Positions 26,072-40,718 are shown, counted from the first letter of the whole stretch. The stretch is 63,825 nt of DNA, filler included, from Phoronis australis (GCA_002633005.1; 9 parts of 9 records of this genome joined end to end with filler, not necessarily neighbours in it), one strand, 5' to 3'. The notes: a model not told the origin generated them from the sequence alone. A program made the numbers and translations.

Positions 26072-29004
26072 GTTTTTGTCAGACATTTCATGAACCGCAG
26101 CTGATCAGGCTTGGTCTTAAGTAAGGGAGAAAAATGTCTTGAAAACGACATCAGTTAGAAATTAGACAAATAATATCGTGGATGATTTGCTGAGATTACT
26201 TCAATACTCGGATTCAACGACATCGGATAACAGGTCAATTAATCACTGTAGCAGTTCGACCTAAGTGTAGAGACAATTCATATGGTGGCCTCACACACAT
26301 GCAAAGTTTGCTCCTTCAAACCCTGGTGTTAGTGATCGCATGACCAAACAAGTATTTGGAACAATGTCTTCTTTGGTATATGAAAATGCTTCTCTTTGTC
26401 ACACGGGATAGATTTTAGTGATCAGTTTGAAAAAGCAGTGTCTGGAAGTATCTGACAACTGTGAGCGGTTCCACCTGTATCTAGTGGTATTTCCTTGCCA
26501 GAGACCATAGCAGAACCTGCAATCTGATTGGTTTTGGATTAAATAAGAGTATTAGCGACGACAAAGCTACCATTGATACAACCACTAAAAGAGCTTGAAT
26601 ATTGGTTACGACCCTATTAGTATTCCCAGTAAGAAACCATATCGGCTGTGGTTTGGTATCTTAGAAAAGGAAGTTTTGTATTGTAAATAAAAATGTGAGC
26701 GTGCAATATTACCGGTACTTCTTAGTCGCGGACAGATCTAATAACATTAGTTTCTCTCGTGACTATTCCAGCAGAAGGATTTCTACCAACAGACCGAACA
26801 CGACACTGGTTGTCACACAAGCAAAGCAAAGCAGGTTTGTCGAAACATCTGAACACTTATAACTAATTAAGCAGAGCAATAAGCGTACAGTTACTAACGT
26901 CCCGTTACAGGAACTAAAACTATTGGTGAATGCCTTGTTAGATCTGTTACACAAAAATTGTAGCAGCAGGTTGTGACTTTTTAAAGATGAATTACCGATG
27001 ATACAGAAGGATAAATGTATCTTTTTCACCAGCATAGATTTGTATAGTTTCATTTTGCAGAAAGAACTGGTTTTACGAAGACTGAATACAACAGATATGT
27101 TATATGCACTTAATTGCTTATTAATATCTTAATTCGACTTGTTTGTGATTTATCAAATACATTTCATGTTTAATGTTGACGGTTAAAGTACTTGTGCATT
27201 TCACATGCTCTTTAAGAGACATTTATGAGTTATAAACAGAAGGGCTTTAGGATTTATATCTATTACCGCACTCACCTGTCGCAGCCAGTTACCTTTGTCT
27301 TCCCATCAATTTTTTGATTTGTCAATTGTTAAAAAATTGTATAGTGCTATGGAAAATTATGTTTTTGTAATTGAAATTTCATTCCTTTAAGTTCGCTTTC
27401 TTCTAGTGAAACCTCCAGCTTCAACAGAGTAATTAATCTGAGCGTGTTCTTCCTTCCAGGGTTACAGGAGTACACAGTGATCAACTTATCGGCTTTACAT
27501 CTATAGACGAACATGTATTATCCTTAAAACTACATTCCGCCATGTTTAGCTGATGAAAAGAAGAACAAGCTAGGTGTTTCACTTTCACAAAATCAATCTC
27601 AAAATGATCCTTACTTAAACAGCACCCAATTTCATAGGCAATCTGTGTATGGTCTGTTTTCAAGTCTAAGGATGGCACAACCCCAATTTTGCATCCCTGG
27701 TAGTTCAAAAAACATTTAAAAAACTTTATCAAAGTAAGGATGATTATGTGGCCAATTTGATGAGCATCCAAGGCCTAATTCGATTTTTGTCAACTAAAAA
27801 GAGCAAAATTCAGTTTTAACTACTTTGCTGCCAGCTAACAAATGAAAATATAGTGCAATCCAAATGNATTATTGCGACTGATTTACTGAGTCACATAGGC
27901 CTGCTGTGTATATTCAAGGTTTTGAGGTAAACAAGAACTTATATTGCTTTTATTTGTAATTAATATATACATGGAGTGTGAAACTTAATTTTTCCTTGCA
28001 ATGTCATATATGTTAAAAATTGGCTTCCACTGAGGCCACTATACCCTTTTAGATCATAGCACAGTAAATGTTATTGAGATCAATTAATTCTGTGCTTTGT
28101 ACAGGGTCATCCCTGACATTTTCAGAGATAAAACGTGATAAATGTTGCCTGACATGTTTAATTACCATAAAGGTTTGTACAGCAAAATACAAGAATTGCT
28201 CTGCATATGTTGCACATCCGAGGTTATTATATCACCAAGAGGAGTCGACATCACAAAATTATGACTCAAAATGTTGATCGCTGATGAGATAAATATAACA
28301 TAATCTGTACCAATCATATAATAACAGAAATGCAATGCTTATTTCCACAAGTGGGTGCTTGAGATTACTCAGCTCGCCCCCGTGGTTTTGGAATTTGGTG
28401 AACCCACACAGTTGTGTTTCATTTTGAACCGAATCAGAATAAAGATGTAAGATATAGTATCGTTTTGTGTTCTGTAAAGAACATGGCATGGACATACGGC
28501 ATTGAAACTTATTGGTTGAAGTTCGCAGCATGTATCCTTTTGATGTGGTCAATTGGCCACCTGCGTCCTGGTGATGTAATCGTTACTGTGCATTTTGCTC
28601 ATTTAGTCATTTTGCAGCATTTATCCTGGTCTTGTAGTCAGTCGAGAAGAGTACTTGCGCAATTTTGATGTTCAGGTTATTCACTTTGTGTAGAGAAAGT
28701 TAGATTAATTGGTATTCCAAGAAGTGAGAGAATATGCGGCATATTTTTTGGGGTGAAACTGAAGATGAGCCTTTTTCCATGTGTCGACGCCTTGTTCTTG
28801 GAGACCTTGTGATTGCTAACTATTCTCTTGTTAGGTTATTCCAACAGAAAAAACATGACAGTATCCACCGCCTTGCATTGTATATTCAGAAAGCTTTGAC
28901 TTTAAGAAAAGAACTGCTCTCCGTGTAAACACTCTGAATATGCATTNGTAGACAAAACCTACGATGTACAATAAGTAATATTATACATGTATATTATTAT
29001 GTAT

Positions 29005-29300
29005 GTGTTCAGTTGGCAGCGTGTGTTCTGGGCCCGTCATGTTCACGTTGTCAGTTGGCAGCGTGTGTACTGGTCATGTAGTCAGTTGGTAGCGTGTGTT
29101 CTTGTCATGCAGTCAATTGGCAGCGTGTGTTTTTGTCAGGTAATCAGTTGGCAGGGAGTGTCCTGCTCTAGTAGTCAGTTGGCAGCGTGTGTTCTGGTGA
29201 TGTAGTCAGTTGAAAGCGTGTGACCGTGTCGTGTTGTCATTTGGTATCGTGTGTCCTGGTCATGTAATAGGTTGTCAGGAAGTGCCCTCGTCGTGTATTC
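29005..29300. repeat. Degenerate ~31-bp minisatellite
   Basis: GTCAGTTGGCAGCGTGTGTTCTGGTCATGTA-type units; outliers ~28550-28640 and ~29410-29465. Confidence 0.8.
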
Positions 29301-30588
29301 CATCACCAGTGCAAATCAGTTGAGAGTAAAGAAGTAAGTAATTTTTCTCTGTCCATCTTTCGAAGCATTTCTCGCAAAGTGATCAAAGTGCAGGAATACG
29401 GGAGGATTTATCCTGGACAAGTAGTCACTTGGAAGTGGCTATCTTGGTTTCGTTGTCAGCTGGTCTTCTTTACTCACCCATAAATAAAAGTAACAAATGA
29501 TCGAGAAATTATGTTCAAGATCAATTCAACCAGGATTCAATTTCAGTGCTTGTTACATCTGGACCATGCTTATATTGAAGTATGCAATCGATCTACCATA
29601 ACTTTTAGCCAATGTAGTGACTTGATACCAAACGTATGTTCTTGTAGTGAGTTTGAACCAAAAAAATCAAAGTAACTTGCAAAGTATAGTGTTCTTGCCT
29701 GGTACTGTCACTGGCCAACGAGTGAAAATTTGTTCATTTTTATTGTCGCGTTTAGCATGACTGAAAATTGAAAATTAATTCGATCTGGACTAAATCGTGT
29801 TTGCAGGGAGTCTCTTGATTACAACACAAGCCGCCTATGAAATTTGAATTTGAAGAACCCAAATACGACCTAGAGTATTGCGGCATGAGCAATGGTAATT
29901 GTTAGAGACAGCCGTAATAAGCATTTGCCACATGGCGACCAAATTATCCACCGCTACTTAGGAGTGTCGCCCTGGGCAGAGCACCACCCCACCCTACAAC
30001 TAAGTAACTTCCATTGCCTCGTGAAATCACAAAGAGCTGTTTTGAATGAAGTAGAAATTTGTGGAATTCCATTTTTAAACATTCATTTTTCGACAAAGTT
30101 ATCAAGGCTATGGTTTCGCTTTTTCTTTCATGCTTTCATGAAGAAGGCAACAGATTTATTTTCATTTGTTGTCAGTCAATGGAATGATCATGATTATGTA
30201 ACCTTGGACCGCACGCTATTGACGTCTAGAAAAGGGCCATCTGAGCATTGGTGTATGTAAATAATACAAAACGTTCTTCTTGAGCTTTGGTGCCAACAAT
30301 ATTATCGAAGTAAAATATGATTTTCTTAATGTAACATCGTTGAAAACGTTTTAAATGTCACCAGAATGAACAGGCACCGGCGCGGAGATGCTCCGATTCG
30401 GAATATGGACAAAATGTAAGTCAGCCCTNNNNNNNNNNNNNNNNNNNNNNNNNNNNNNNNNNNNNNNNNNNNTTAATTAATTAANNNNNNNNNNNNNNNN
30501 NNNNNNNNNNNNNNNNNNNNNNNNNNNNATTAAAAATGTCCCATTTTTTTGATAACACATCGCAATTTACAGGAATGTTTAGCTTTAC

Positions 30589-30647
30589 CTGAATATTCTT
30601 CACTATGGCCATTGCCAACTTTTCAAAGAATGTTGGGTCATCATCTT
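30589..30647 (-). CDS. VPS13: VPS13A/C-like coding exon 5
   Basis: cag|(E)DDDPTFFEKLAMAIVKNIQ|gtaaag. Confidence 0.88.
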
Positions 30648-31110
30648 CTGTAGAAAGAACACAAACAACACACAACTTGAGCAGCCAAGTATCTTAAAGT
30701 AGTCAAAACACAAGCCTGAGGAGCTTTGCTTTTAGGACATAACAGTATGCTGCCTATTGTACTGCCACCTGTAGTAACATTTTGTCCAACAGGGATTGGA
30801 ATACACCGTGTTCACGCAGTCGCTATTTTAAAGGTGAGCCTCTTTTTAGGTTTTAAAAATAATGTATTTTGCACTTAACTGCAGCGCAAAGTGTGATTTT
30901 TTTGCATGCCTCGTTACATTCATGTCTCAAATGCATTGTTTTTTTTTTAAACCTAAAAGGCTCACTACTAACATGGCGACTGCGAGAATAAGGCCTACAC
31001 AGTTGTTTCCATCAGCTGTTGATTCATGTCATTCACTTACTAGCCAGAACACGTTAGTATGTGAGCAAACCAAAAGATAAACCGCATTTCTGAAAACGCG
31101 CACCAACTAC

Positions 31111-31305
31111 CTTCAGTGACGCTCTCTTTTGCTCCCTGTATAGCATCCAATTTCGCCAACTTCCTGGCCAATTGTAGCTGTTCCTCTATCTGCGGGTCGT
31201 ACTCACGGTCACTGACAGGTCCAGCCAACATGAACACATCTTCTACGACCACCTTGACTGGTTTACCAAACAAATCAGTCAGTGGCAGGTCAAGTTTGAT
31301 TTTAC
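31111..31305 (-). CDS. VPS13: VPS13A/C-like coding exon 4
   Basis: cag|(G)KIKLDLPLTDLFGKPVKVVVEDVFMLAGP...ESVTE|gtagt; Chorein-N. Confidence 0.88.
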
Positions 31306-32205
31306 CTGCGGTGAAATATTGAAAGACAAGTTGAAATTACTGAGATTCAAACTTTAAGTAAAGGTGCAAAAGAAACAGTTTAAGGTCATATTTTTGGAAA
31401 TTTCCAAAAAGGGTCCACATAACTGGTTCCTCTGTTTCAGAGTCTCAAGTTTTAGGTAAAGGGCAAGAAAAAGTTTTGAAATTTTACAAGGCTGCACTCA
31501 GCGCCAACGAGAAACAGTCTGTGGTCATGTTGTTAGAAATTTCCTCGAGGTGCTTACACTACCAGTTTTTCTGGTTCAGAGGAATTTGTTCAGTTCTGTG
31601 TACAGGTTTAGCAAATACAGTGTAAGACTGGTTATATAACATAAACTCATTGTATCATTTATCATCATAAAATATGAGGCCATTTGGCAAATAATTCAAT
31701 AATTACTGACCAGCTAAAATACTGTTAAGTTCTCTTCCACCACTACCCAACTAAGGGGGGTTTGCCATTGAAAATGGAACCATCAAAAAATTTTCAAACT
31801 CAACTAATCATCACTCTCACTAACTGCTGATCATTTTACGTTCATGAATACAACATCGATAAAACTGAAAAAAAGTTTCAGTGTATTTCATTCACACTTA
31901 AAACTCGGACATGTGGCCTGCTTAGTGTTGACACTAACAATATGCTTCTGTAAGCACTAAGCAAAACCAGCTGACTTTATAGCACTTCTCGCAGCTCCTA
32001 TCTGATATGGTCAATGATTGATAAAACATAATGAATGGACACTTACAGTTTTGGACATCAGGTTCAAACCACAGTTTTTATCATTTATAAGTTCTATTCA
32101 CTCTCTGTTTTGGAAAACAAAGTATCAAGCATAGTAGGCCCTATCTGAAAGTTTCATCTGAATCCAAGTTTCTAGGGTCCTTCACAACATAAAGTAAGTT
32201 CTTAC

Positions 32206-32248
32206 CGACATAACCCGCCTTCACCTCAAGAGGCAGGTCTAGCTCAGC
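32206..32248 (-). CDS. VPS13: VPS13A/C-like coding exon 3
   Basis: cag|AELDLPLEVKAGYV(G)|gtaag, 43 nt. Confidence 0.88.
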
Positions 32249-33063
32249 CTGCAAGAACAGAAGACACACGGTAAATGTTCCTCACTATAGTCACCTCCAC
32301 ACTCAGACTTACCCTAGGACAACTTGCACTAGATAAGTGTAATTTACCCCACTTCATTTGAGCACCCCCACACACACGTAGCCGATAACCAAGGTAAGGC
32401 AGAAGTTGTTGCTCTGTGCATGACAATGAACAGCTAATGAGAATACAGCGTGCAAAAAACCCGTGTGGATGTAAAACGCAGCTCATAATGACTTTCACCT
32501 TGCTCAAGGTTTGTGGCCACACAGTGATTAGAAGTGAGACAAGTTACCCAACCTTGATAAGGTGGAGTAAGTTGTCACAAGTGGGACAAGTCATACCAGT
32601 TTGAATAGTGTCCAAACAGCCCTTCAAACCTAGCGACAACTCATTCCAGGAGTAAGTCTATGAGTGGACGGCACTTTTAGGACACGATATGGCCAGCAAA
32701 ACTTCTTAACGAAACTGATGAGACATTAACCAGACTGTATGACCAGCATAGTTCATACTGAATATCTATTACAAAACAAAACTTCGGAAAAATTCTGAAC
32801 ATTTTAAAATGTTATCAGCCATTGAAAAATAAAGCAAACACGATTTTGTGCAAAACTAAAAGTTTACCGCAATCAAACAGTATAGAATCTATCACACCAG
32901 TTATAAGGACAGCATCTGTCAAATCTGTTGCAAAAACAAAACATAATGCTCCGATTAACTTGATATCAAACACAAATACAGTATTCAAAAAAGTATAATT
33001 ATTTTAGATAAAACCACAAATACTACAACGATTTCAGTAAACAATTAAGAGACTGCAACTTAC

Positions 33064-33107
33064 CAAAGCTTCAGGTTTTAACTTTAAATCCAACAGCTCT
33101 AGTTCCC
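33064..33107 (-). CDS. VPS13: VPS13A/C-like coding exon 2
   Basis: tag|(G)ELELLDLKLKPEAL|gtaag, 44 nt. Confidence 0.88.
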
Positions 33108-35005
33108 CTAAAACAGCAAAAAGGAAGTGAACTTTCATCTCAAGAAGCTTAAAAGTAGGTCAGGGCACTGGTGGTGGTGCTGTACAAACAAAAAGTACTC
33201 GGTGTCAACATCAATACGTTGAAAATTGAAAGTGTGTGATTATATATTTTAAATCTTTCAATGAGGTGAAAAAAGCTGCTTTCAGTCAAACCGAAGCTCA
33301 CAGTCAGTATGAATCAACACAGAAACTCCTGCCGACCCAGTGGATAAATTTAATTTCCCCACAACATCAAAATATATAGTCAAGTTCTCCTGGGTTAAAA
33401 GACAAAAAGTATCTCAAAAAAGAACTGGCAATGTCAGTAATGGAATGGTATAGGTAACGTGCTGATTACTGTTACCTAACCCTCCTTAAAACTGAACTAG
33501 TTTTCTTAATACCATTAAAAATTAATGTCATGGTAAGCCCTCACCCTCAGAATTACAGGAAATTACCACACATACCACCAGTTATGTATCCGGTCCCTAG
33601 ATGTGCGATGGGCTTCATAACGCACTGGGAATCAATCAACGTACCTTCATCTAAAGCACATCATAACATGCTAAGTCATTACAGACAAGCCCCTATTATG
33701 TATCCACCACCTTGTTACCCCAAACCCAGAGCTGGATAGCTTACAAGCACCGTCTCATCATCTGGGATGTACAATAAACAACTTCGAATATGTGTTGTTG
33801 AAACTTCGCAACCGTACGTAAAACTTGTCGCATTTTTTCACTATTTTTGAGAATTTTTATTGTAGCTTGTTGGGTATTGATGAGACACCAAATTGAAAAC
33901 TGCTGGTTGACAAAACAAATGAAGAAGTACAATGTACCCTGACACCCATTATTAACAGTATGAAGCTGTATGTATGTGAGGGCCCCTATGGAAAGCAGTG
34001 TGAACTGATGGGGCTATCCTCATTGTAAATATTAAATAAATAAATAAACATTAATAAAAATTATTTCTTGATTCAATTATGGTAAAATTCTCCAACTCAA
34101 GACAGTCTCTAGAATTTGGAACACGGAAACTCATAAAAATTGAATTATTTTTATTCTGGAATTTGGGACAAGGGCGATTTTGGCATTTATTGTATTTCTC
34201 AAATTTGGAGCGAGTTATCAAACTACAGAGTGACTGTGTAATTTTGCTGCACTTCCAGTGATTATTGAATTTGAAATGGCCGATACTGCCTATTTCTAGA
34301 ATTTGGGGCAAGCTCCAACCTTGAGCAAAATTATCAATTTTTCACAGTCCCAAATTGGAGAAGTTTTATTGCAAGGTTTTTTAACATCGGTGGTTACGGC
34401 TTCATAAAGTTACAGCTCGAGTTTCATGAAATTTGATTTGTTGCTACAACAAACTATGATTGCAAAAATATTTATGTTTCTACATAATGAAACTGTTGAA
34501 ATTAAGACCGTTGAGAACATTTTTAGTACACCTGATAAAAGTATTTGACGAAATTCGATAAATAGCAAAATTATGAAACGTTAAGAACCACTGTTTGGGT
34601 AGTGTCTGGCATCGTATTTTGTAAAATCTGACAGCAAAAGAACACAGTTAATTAGCAAATAAAACAATTAAATCACTTGTTTGTGCTTTATATTTCATGT
34701 TCATACTGACAAAAATATCAATTTACTGGTGCTCACCAATATTAGCAAAAGCATGGACACATTCATATGTAATTGTTAACAGTGACCAATGCTTAACAGA
34801 TATATGTAGAATTTTGTCCACGAATCTTTAAGTGAGAATGCACTGAGGAACTGAATGACAAAATCAGCAATTCTGACTGACCAGTTATGGCCTGCCTCCT
34901 ACAATGCTGATTAAATTGCTTAACACCTGAAAGCTAGTCTTGATCTAAGTATAAGGTGCGCCATCCATCAGGTAAGACCCCGGATGCTGTTAAGACAGTA
35001 CCTAC

Positions 35006-35102
35006 CACTGAGCAGACCCAGACTAAGGTTGTCAGCATCAAGTCCCTGGATGTACTTGCCAAGGTACTTGTTCAACAAACTGCTCACAATTCCTTCGAAC
35101 AT
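35006..35102 (-). CDS. VPS13: VPS13A/C-like coding exon 1
   Basis: MFEGIVSSLLNKYLGKYIQGLDADNLSLGLLS(G)|gtagg, classic Chorein-N start; acceptor at 35131 implies an upstream UTR exon. Confidence 0.92.
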
Positions 35103-36796
35103 GGCTGCTTTATTCCATCACCAGGCATAACTGCAATAGAGTATATAAGCAATTAAATCACTCATTCTACATTTCAGCAGCTGGTCTAGAAGTTTTCAAG
35201 AGTATCTTAATCATCACCCTGGCAGTGATGTTTGTGTAGTTTATTTTGGAGGTGTCCCCCAGAGAGAGGCTTAAACCTAGTGAGCCCCTATAGACCCTCC
35301 ACAGTTTTTATTGCTGGTTGCTTGGTTATAATTACTAACTGTCAAAGGCAATCACTTGGAGAATACTAACGGGTAGCAGGAGGTCATGGTTGTACATAAT
35401 TTCAAAAAGAAATGGGCTTGTCAACATCTGACAGACAGTTATCATGTGCATGTAGTACCTAACATACCTTTTCAGCTTACATTGAAAACAAATTTCTTTT
35501 GCAGTGACAAATATTCCATTTAGGTAAACAGGAGCCAAATTTGTACCTAGCATATTATTTGGTGACAAGGCAGCATAGATCTAGTCTCTCTAAAGCAGCA
35601 ATTATATGGGAGACAGCTGTCACAGAGCAACTGACACAGAACAGCTGATCTGGTGCAAGTGCCAGGGCTTTATCCAGGATTTCGAAAATAGGGTTTCCAA
35701 AATGGGGTTCCCAATATTCCGGAGCGTCCATGATTCCAACAACGCGTTACCCCCATCCCCACCACCATTCACCAATAACCCTCTCCCCCCACACACCTGG
35801 TGAGGTTTTTTACAAAAAATCCATTGAAAAGCTTTTACATCTAAGTTTAGAAAAATAGCTCCCTTGTATTGAGCTTTTTTACTATAAAAACTGTGTGAAT
35901 CAAGACTTTTACATCTAAATTTACGAAAACAACCAAATAGCTTACCAAACAGTAATTACAGATATTGGTGGAACAATGAATGCACTGTTTTTGGTGATCT
36001 CAAGTCAAATTGCTGTTAAAAAGTTTATCATATCATCTTAACTAGCTTTATATTCTGTACAATGAGTCCTCAAAGCTGCAATTTCCAACAGAAGAAAAAT
36101 GCACAGATGATGTTTGGTTTATATTTTGGAAACAGGTGTCACTGCTGCTCCATTTTAGACGCACATACAAAAGCATGAAACAGGCGCAAAACATTTTAAA
36201 TGGGGATGTTCTTGTGGCACATCATATTATTAAATGACATTTATTTTGCTTTTCATGTTTTTAAAAAAGATGAAAAACATGAAATTACAGCTCTGAAACA
36301 CCAGTTTGGAGTTACAACAAGGTCTGTGTCCCTGTATAAAGTATTGAATTGCAATTATAATTAGACCACTGGAAGCAAAGACACTCTGAAAACCCGTACA
36401 CAAAAATTGACAGGTCTACTAAATACTTTGAAAATAGTTTGAACATTGCTATATTTTATATACACTGTATATTTCTTTCCGAGTCGAAAGGGTCAACTGC
36501 TCTCTTGAACAATCCCCATCTTTCATTAACTGGGAGTCTTAGTAAACTTATAATGTGAGTGTCCAAAAAATTCTGATTGACATTTGGGTGTCCAAATGTT
36601 ACATTGGGCGTCCTTGCCAGGGCATCCAGATTATTGTTAGAGAGTCCATTTGGACACCTAGAACGTAGGCTGCATGAACGCCTGGGAAGTGATCTANNNN
36701 NNNNNNNNNNNNNNNNNNNNNNNNNNNNNNNNNNNNNNNNTTAATTAATTAANNNNNNNNNNNNNNNNNNNNNNNNNNNNNNNNNNNNNNNNNNNN

Positions 36797-37125
36797 TGCC
36801 AGCAGATGTGACCTAAGACTGTGCGTAATGGAATCTGCAACAACACGACACAGTGTTCATGCCAGCAGATGTGACCTAAGACTGTGCGTAATGAAATCTG
36901 CAACAACACGACACAGTGTTCATGCCAGCAGATGTGACCTCAGACTGTGCGTGATGGAATCTGCAATAACACCACACGGTGTTCACACAACAAGACGTGA
37001 CCACAGATTGAGCATGGCATCTGCATTAACAGTACACAAGTGTTCACCTGTGACCTTAGATTGTGCATATTGGCCTCACCAACAACAGGACACAGTTTTC
37101 ACACCAGCAGATGTGACCACAGTAT
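36797..37125. repeat. 63-bp tandem repeat, decaying rightward
   Basis: TGCCAGCAGATGTGACCTAAGACTGTGCG... units starting 36797, 36860, 36923. Confidence 0.9.
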
Positions 37126-38539
37126 ATGCCAAAAGAATTTGAGCATACCCAGAATACTCCAGTCATGAGGACTGGGCAGAAGCTGGAGTGTGTTCCCTCC
37201 TGGCGAGACTCTCGAAAGCGCAAGAACACGCATGACATTGCCATGTATCACAAGTGAAGCAGGTAATCACCAATAGCTCTTTAGCAAGATTCTTGCATCT
37301 ATGAAACTCTACCCCGAGTTTATCCCTCATGACAGAATGAATGTAAATTAACAGAAAAGTTAGAAAGGTGTCTAAGCCACTACGTAATTAGAATTTTGTT
37401 GCTATATGTACAAGCAGGAAGACATTACCAGGAAGGGACAACTGTTTTGGCGCATTTTAATGTGTTTTCTAATGTAACTTAAAAAGTAACTCTTAAAGTT
37501 GTCTGCAATCCAAGTACTGTGACTTAATGTTTAAGACCTACAAAATAACGCCAGTTGGGTCCCTGAAGATTGCATATTAGTGGTGCTAGGGTGCATTGAA
37601 AATGACATGGTTTGCCTCTACCAAAGATAGCCTCTCAGCCATTTCCTATAGAACTGACTTCTTACGTCTATCGCTACACGACACTTACTGATGTGCGTAA
37701 AATGTAACGTCATAAATCGTGGTTGTCCGGTCACTCCTTTTCTACTATGAGATCCAAGTAAACTCGGCGATAAACTTTATTCAATGCAGTTGCACCGAAG
37801 TGCTGGAGAAAGAATAGTTATATTTTAACAGCAAATGACCATTCTAAGATCATAAGTCATTTTATTCTGAGTCACTTTACTATTTATTCTACAACTAAGA
37901 CAGGACTCTGCATTGGCATGGGTGGGGATAGGGGGGCTAAAATGTTGAATCAATGAAATCCGAAATTTCTCACTGAAAATCATACTGTACACAGGTAATT
38001 TCCTCACTGTGTCGAGGTGCAGTGGGAATGACAAAGGGCAGCTCTGTCTAAAGAAGTCAATTATTACTTTCTTAGTTGCAGAATTACGGCAGCTAAAAAC
38101 TGTAATTCTACAATTACATAAAAAAGTCCGGTAATGTCGCCCTGTTAAAAATCATTACCAGTCATTTTTGTAGTTAAGATAATTAGCTGTGATGACAGGA
38201 AAACTGTATTTTGGATGATTACTTCCTTTACTGTACAGCACACATCATGCATTTTGTTCCTTAGTCAAATAAGATGTGATTTGTGTGGGTTTGGAAGGAA
38301 CTGACAGTTCACTGTTATTGATTGAGACCAGGCTCTACAAGATGATTAGTCATGGCGTGTCACAATATTCACCGAGCATGATGGTCTAAAGCAATAACAA
38401 TCTGACAGTTCTTTGCAAGACCAAAAATGACTTCCAATCTTAGGAGGGTCCAAGTTGAGACCAATTCTTTAACACTAAGGGACGTAAATCGAACGGTTGT
38501 TATTTCGACAAAACGTGGGTTTATAGCCACTGGCATCGC

Positions 38540-39800
38540 TAGGTATGGTGTTCAAGGGGGCACACATGAACCATAATAGATTCAACATGGCTACAGTGTC
38601 CACAGACCCTTTACTAACAGCACATTAACAGCAAAAGAGATCCTCAAGGTTTGCCACAGTCAGTCTTACAAGACACATGAAGTATACTTATACATGTCTG
38701 TTGTGTTTCAGGAACACGAGTGTAGTGTCCACAGGGTAAACAACAATAGAATTATACTAGATTGAAGTGTCTAAGGAGCACATGGCGATAGAGTTCTTAA
38801 TTACTGTGGCGTGATAATGGCCCAGGACAACACAATTTTATATTACTGCAATGTCCAAGGGGCACACGACCACGTATTGACTTAACTTGAGTGCAGTGTC
38901 CAAGGGACACAGTTTTACTTGTCTATGGTGTCCAAGGGGCACACAACAATCTTTTCACTGTTCTGTGCAAGTGGCACATCAAAATAGAATTTTTAGCAAC
39001 TGTGATTTCCAAGGAGCACACAACAAAATAATACTTGACTGTAGTGTCCAAGGAGCACACAACTAAAAATAATTTTTACTTGACTCTAGTGTCTATAGGC
39101 CTTTTCATACTGACTTAACTCCGGTCTGAGCAGTGCATCGATGTAAACTGCGAAGTTAACTAAACCGTTCATACCGGCTTCAGTAGTTACGAACATCGAA
39201 GTGAACGGCAGGTGACGCTGTTGTCATTGAAGTAATCGCAAAGTAGCACATCATGCCAAGATTTTTTTAAAGTGACAATTTGGGAACATTTACATGTGCT
39301 AATTGACATTCAACTTATTTTTAATTCGATTGGTGATTATTTGAGAATAAGCAACAATTAGCGACAACACTACCCTTTAATTGCTGATGATAACAGTGAC
39401 ACCTGGCAATAAGTCTGATGGGATTGAAGTTGACCGTTCATACTGCACCGCAGCAACGCTCTGTTGTTAAAACCACCTGTTTAGTACGAAGTTAACTGGC
39501 GCTTTTAACATCGATCCAGGACAGAAATTAAGCGTTCATACTGACTCCCCAAAACATTGAGGTGTTGACATTAGTATGAAAGGCCCTTTGGGACACAAGA
39601 CAAAATAATTTTCCTTACCTGTGGAGTCTAAAGGGCACACAACAATACATTCTTACATTCTTGTAGTGTCCCAACGGTACATGACAATAGAATTTTACTT
39701 GACTGCAAAGTCCAAGGAGCATGTTGCAACTAGATTTGATTCGGCCAAGGGAAAGACAGCAATATAGTTTACATCATGGCTACAGTGACCACAGGACATA
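38540..39800. repeat. Old degenerate ~50-bp tandem array
   Basis: GTGTCCAAGGGGCACACAAC...TTTTACTTGACT motif recurs many times; interrupted by a MITE. Confidence 0.7.
39097..39586. mobile_element. PIF/Harbinger-like MITE
   Basis: TIRs GGCCTTTTCATACTGA / TTAGTATGAAAGGCC; inserted in the tandem array; TSD imperfect. Confidence 0.6.
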
Positions 39801-40561
39801 GAAGAAAATCTTTACAAGGGTAATTTGTTTAAAAGGCCTTTCCCACTGGTTCCGAAGCTCCGGTGTTGCCAAAGCTTTGGTCAATGCGAACATTTAACTT
39901 CGGTTTTGAATCGAAGTTAACAGCACAAGTCAACTACGAAGTAAGGAGGTGAATTTAACAGCGATGCCTTGACTCTTAGCTACAACGGGAACACTTAACT
40001 TCAATGCCATTGGAGTTATCGGCAGCGTTTGCCAACAGCGGGCGATGGCTGGTTACTCTTTGATAATGTTTTGCTATTTTGGCGTTATTAGCATTCTGTT
40101 TCAATTTATCCATAAATTTGCTGGATTCTTTACATTAAAAGAAAATTCTGAACGCGTAGTGTCCAAAAAAGGGGTTCCCCACATTGTAAATGCCTTTGTT
40201 TGGATCAGCTGTTAGCTTGCTCAAGAGTCAAATTTTTTAATGTCATTTTGCAGTACATCATCATCATCATCGTCCCAACATGGCATCCATTGGCTGCCTT
40301 GAGAAGTTGACATTCTAGTTTCCATCTGTGGAGAGGGTTGAGGTCCTCGCCATTTTGATGGCATACACTGTTAAAAACAACAACTTGGCCACGTGACTAA
40401 AGGTAATATTAGCGCTGCTTGTAATAACTTTCATTGGTGAACTATAACTCCGAAGCTGATGGGAACAACAAATTTCAAAGGAGTGAGCACAGGATAAGAG
40501 ACGGCTAAAAATATCTTAAGAACAGCCTAAATAGACTACCGTATTCAATAGGGCCACTTAC

Positions 40562-40718
40562 CGATACAGTTATCCACCCAGGGACAGTGGTGGTCAAACT
40601 TGGCTATGCACTTGTTACAAATAGAGCAGTGCTTGGAACGGATCGGCTTCTTCACCACACAAGTGGTGCAAAACTGAGTGAGCTCAATCGTCTTCAGCTC
40701 AGCAAACTCAATGATAGC
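40562..40718 (-). CDS. ZDHHC17: ZDHHC17/HIP14 palmitoyltransferase, DHHC exon
   Basis: tag|[52 protein letters not shown](G)|gtaagt. Confidence 0.95.

Noticed and set aside
37140-37300. Next ZDHHC17 exon after DHHC
   Set aside because: No frame gives the expected G..NHRYF-type sequence
35006-40718. ZDHHC17-VPS13 read-through fusion
   Set aside because: A linker lies between them, and splicing 40562 to 35130 is out of frame with the VPS13 ATG
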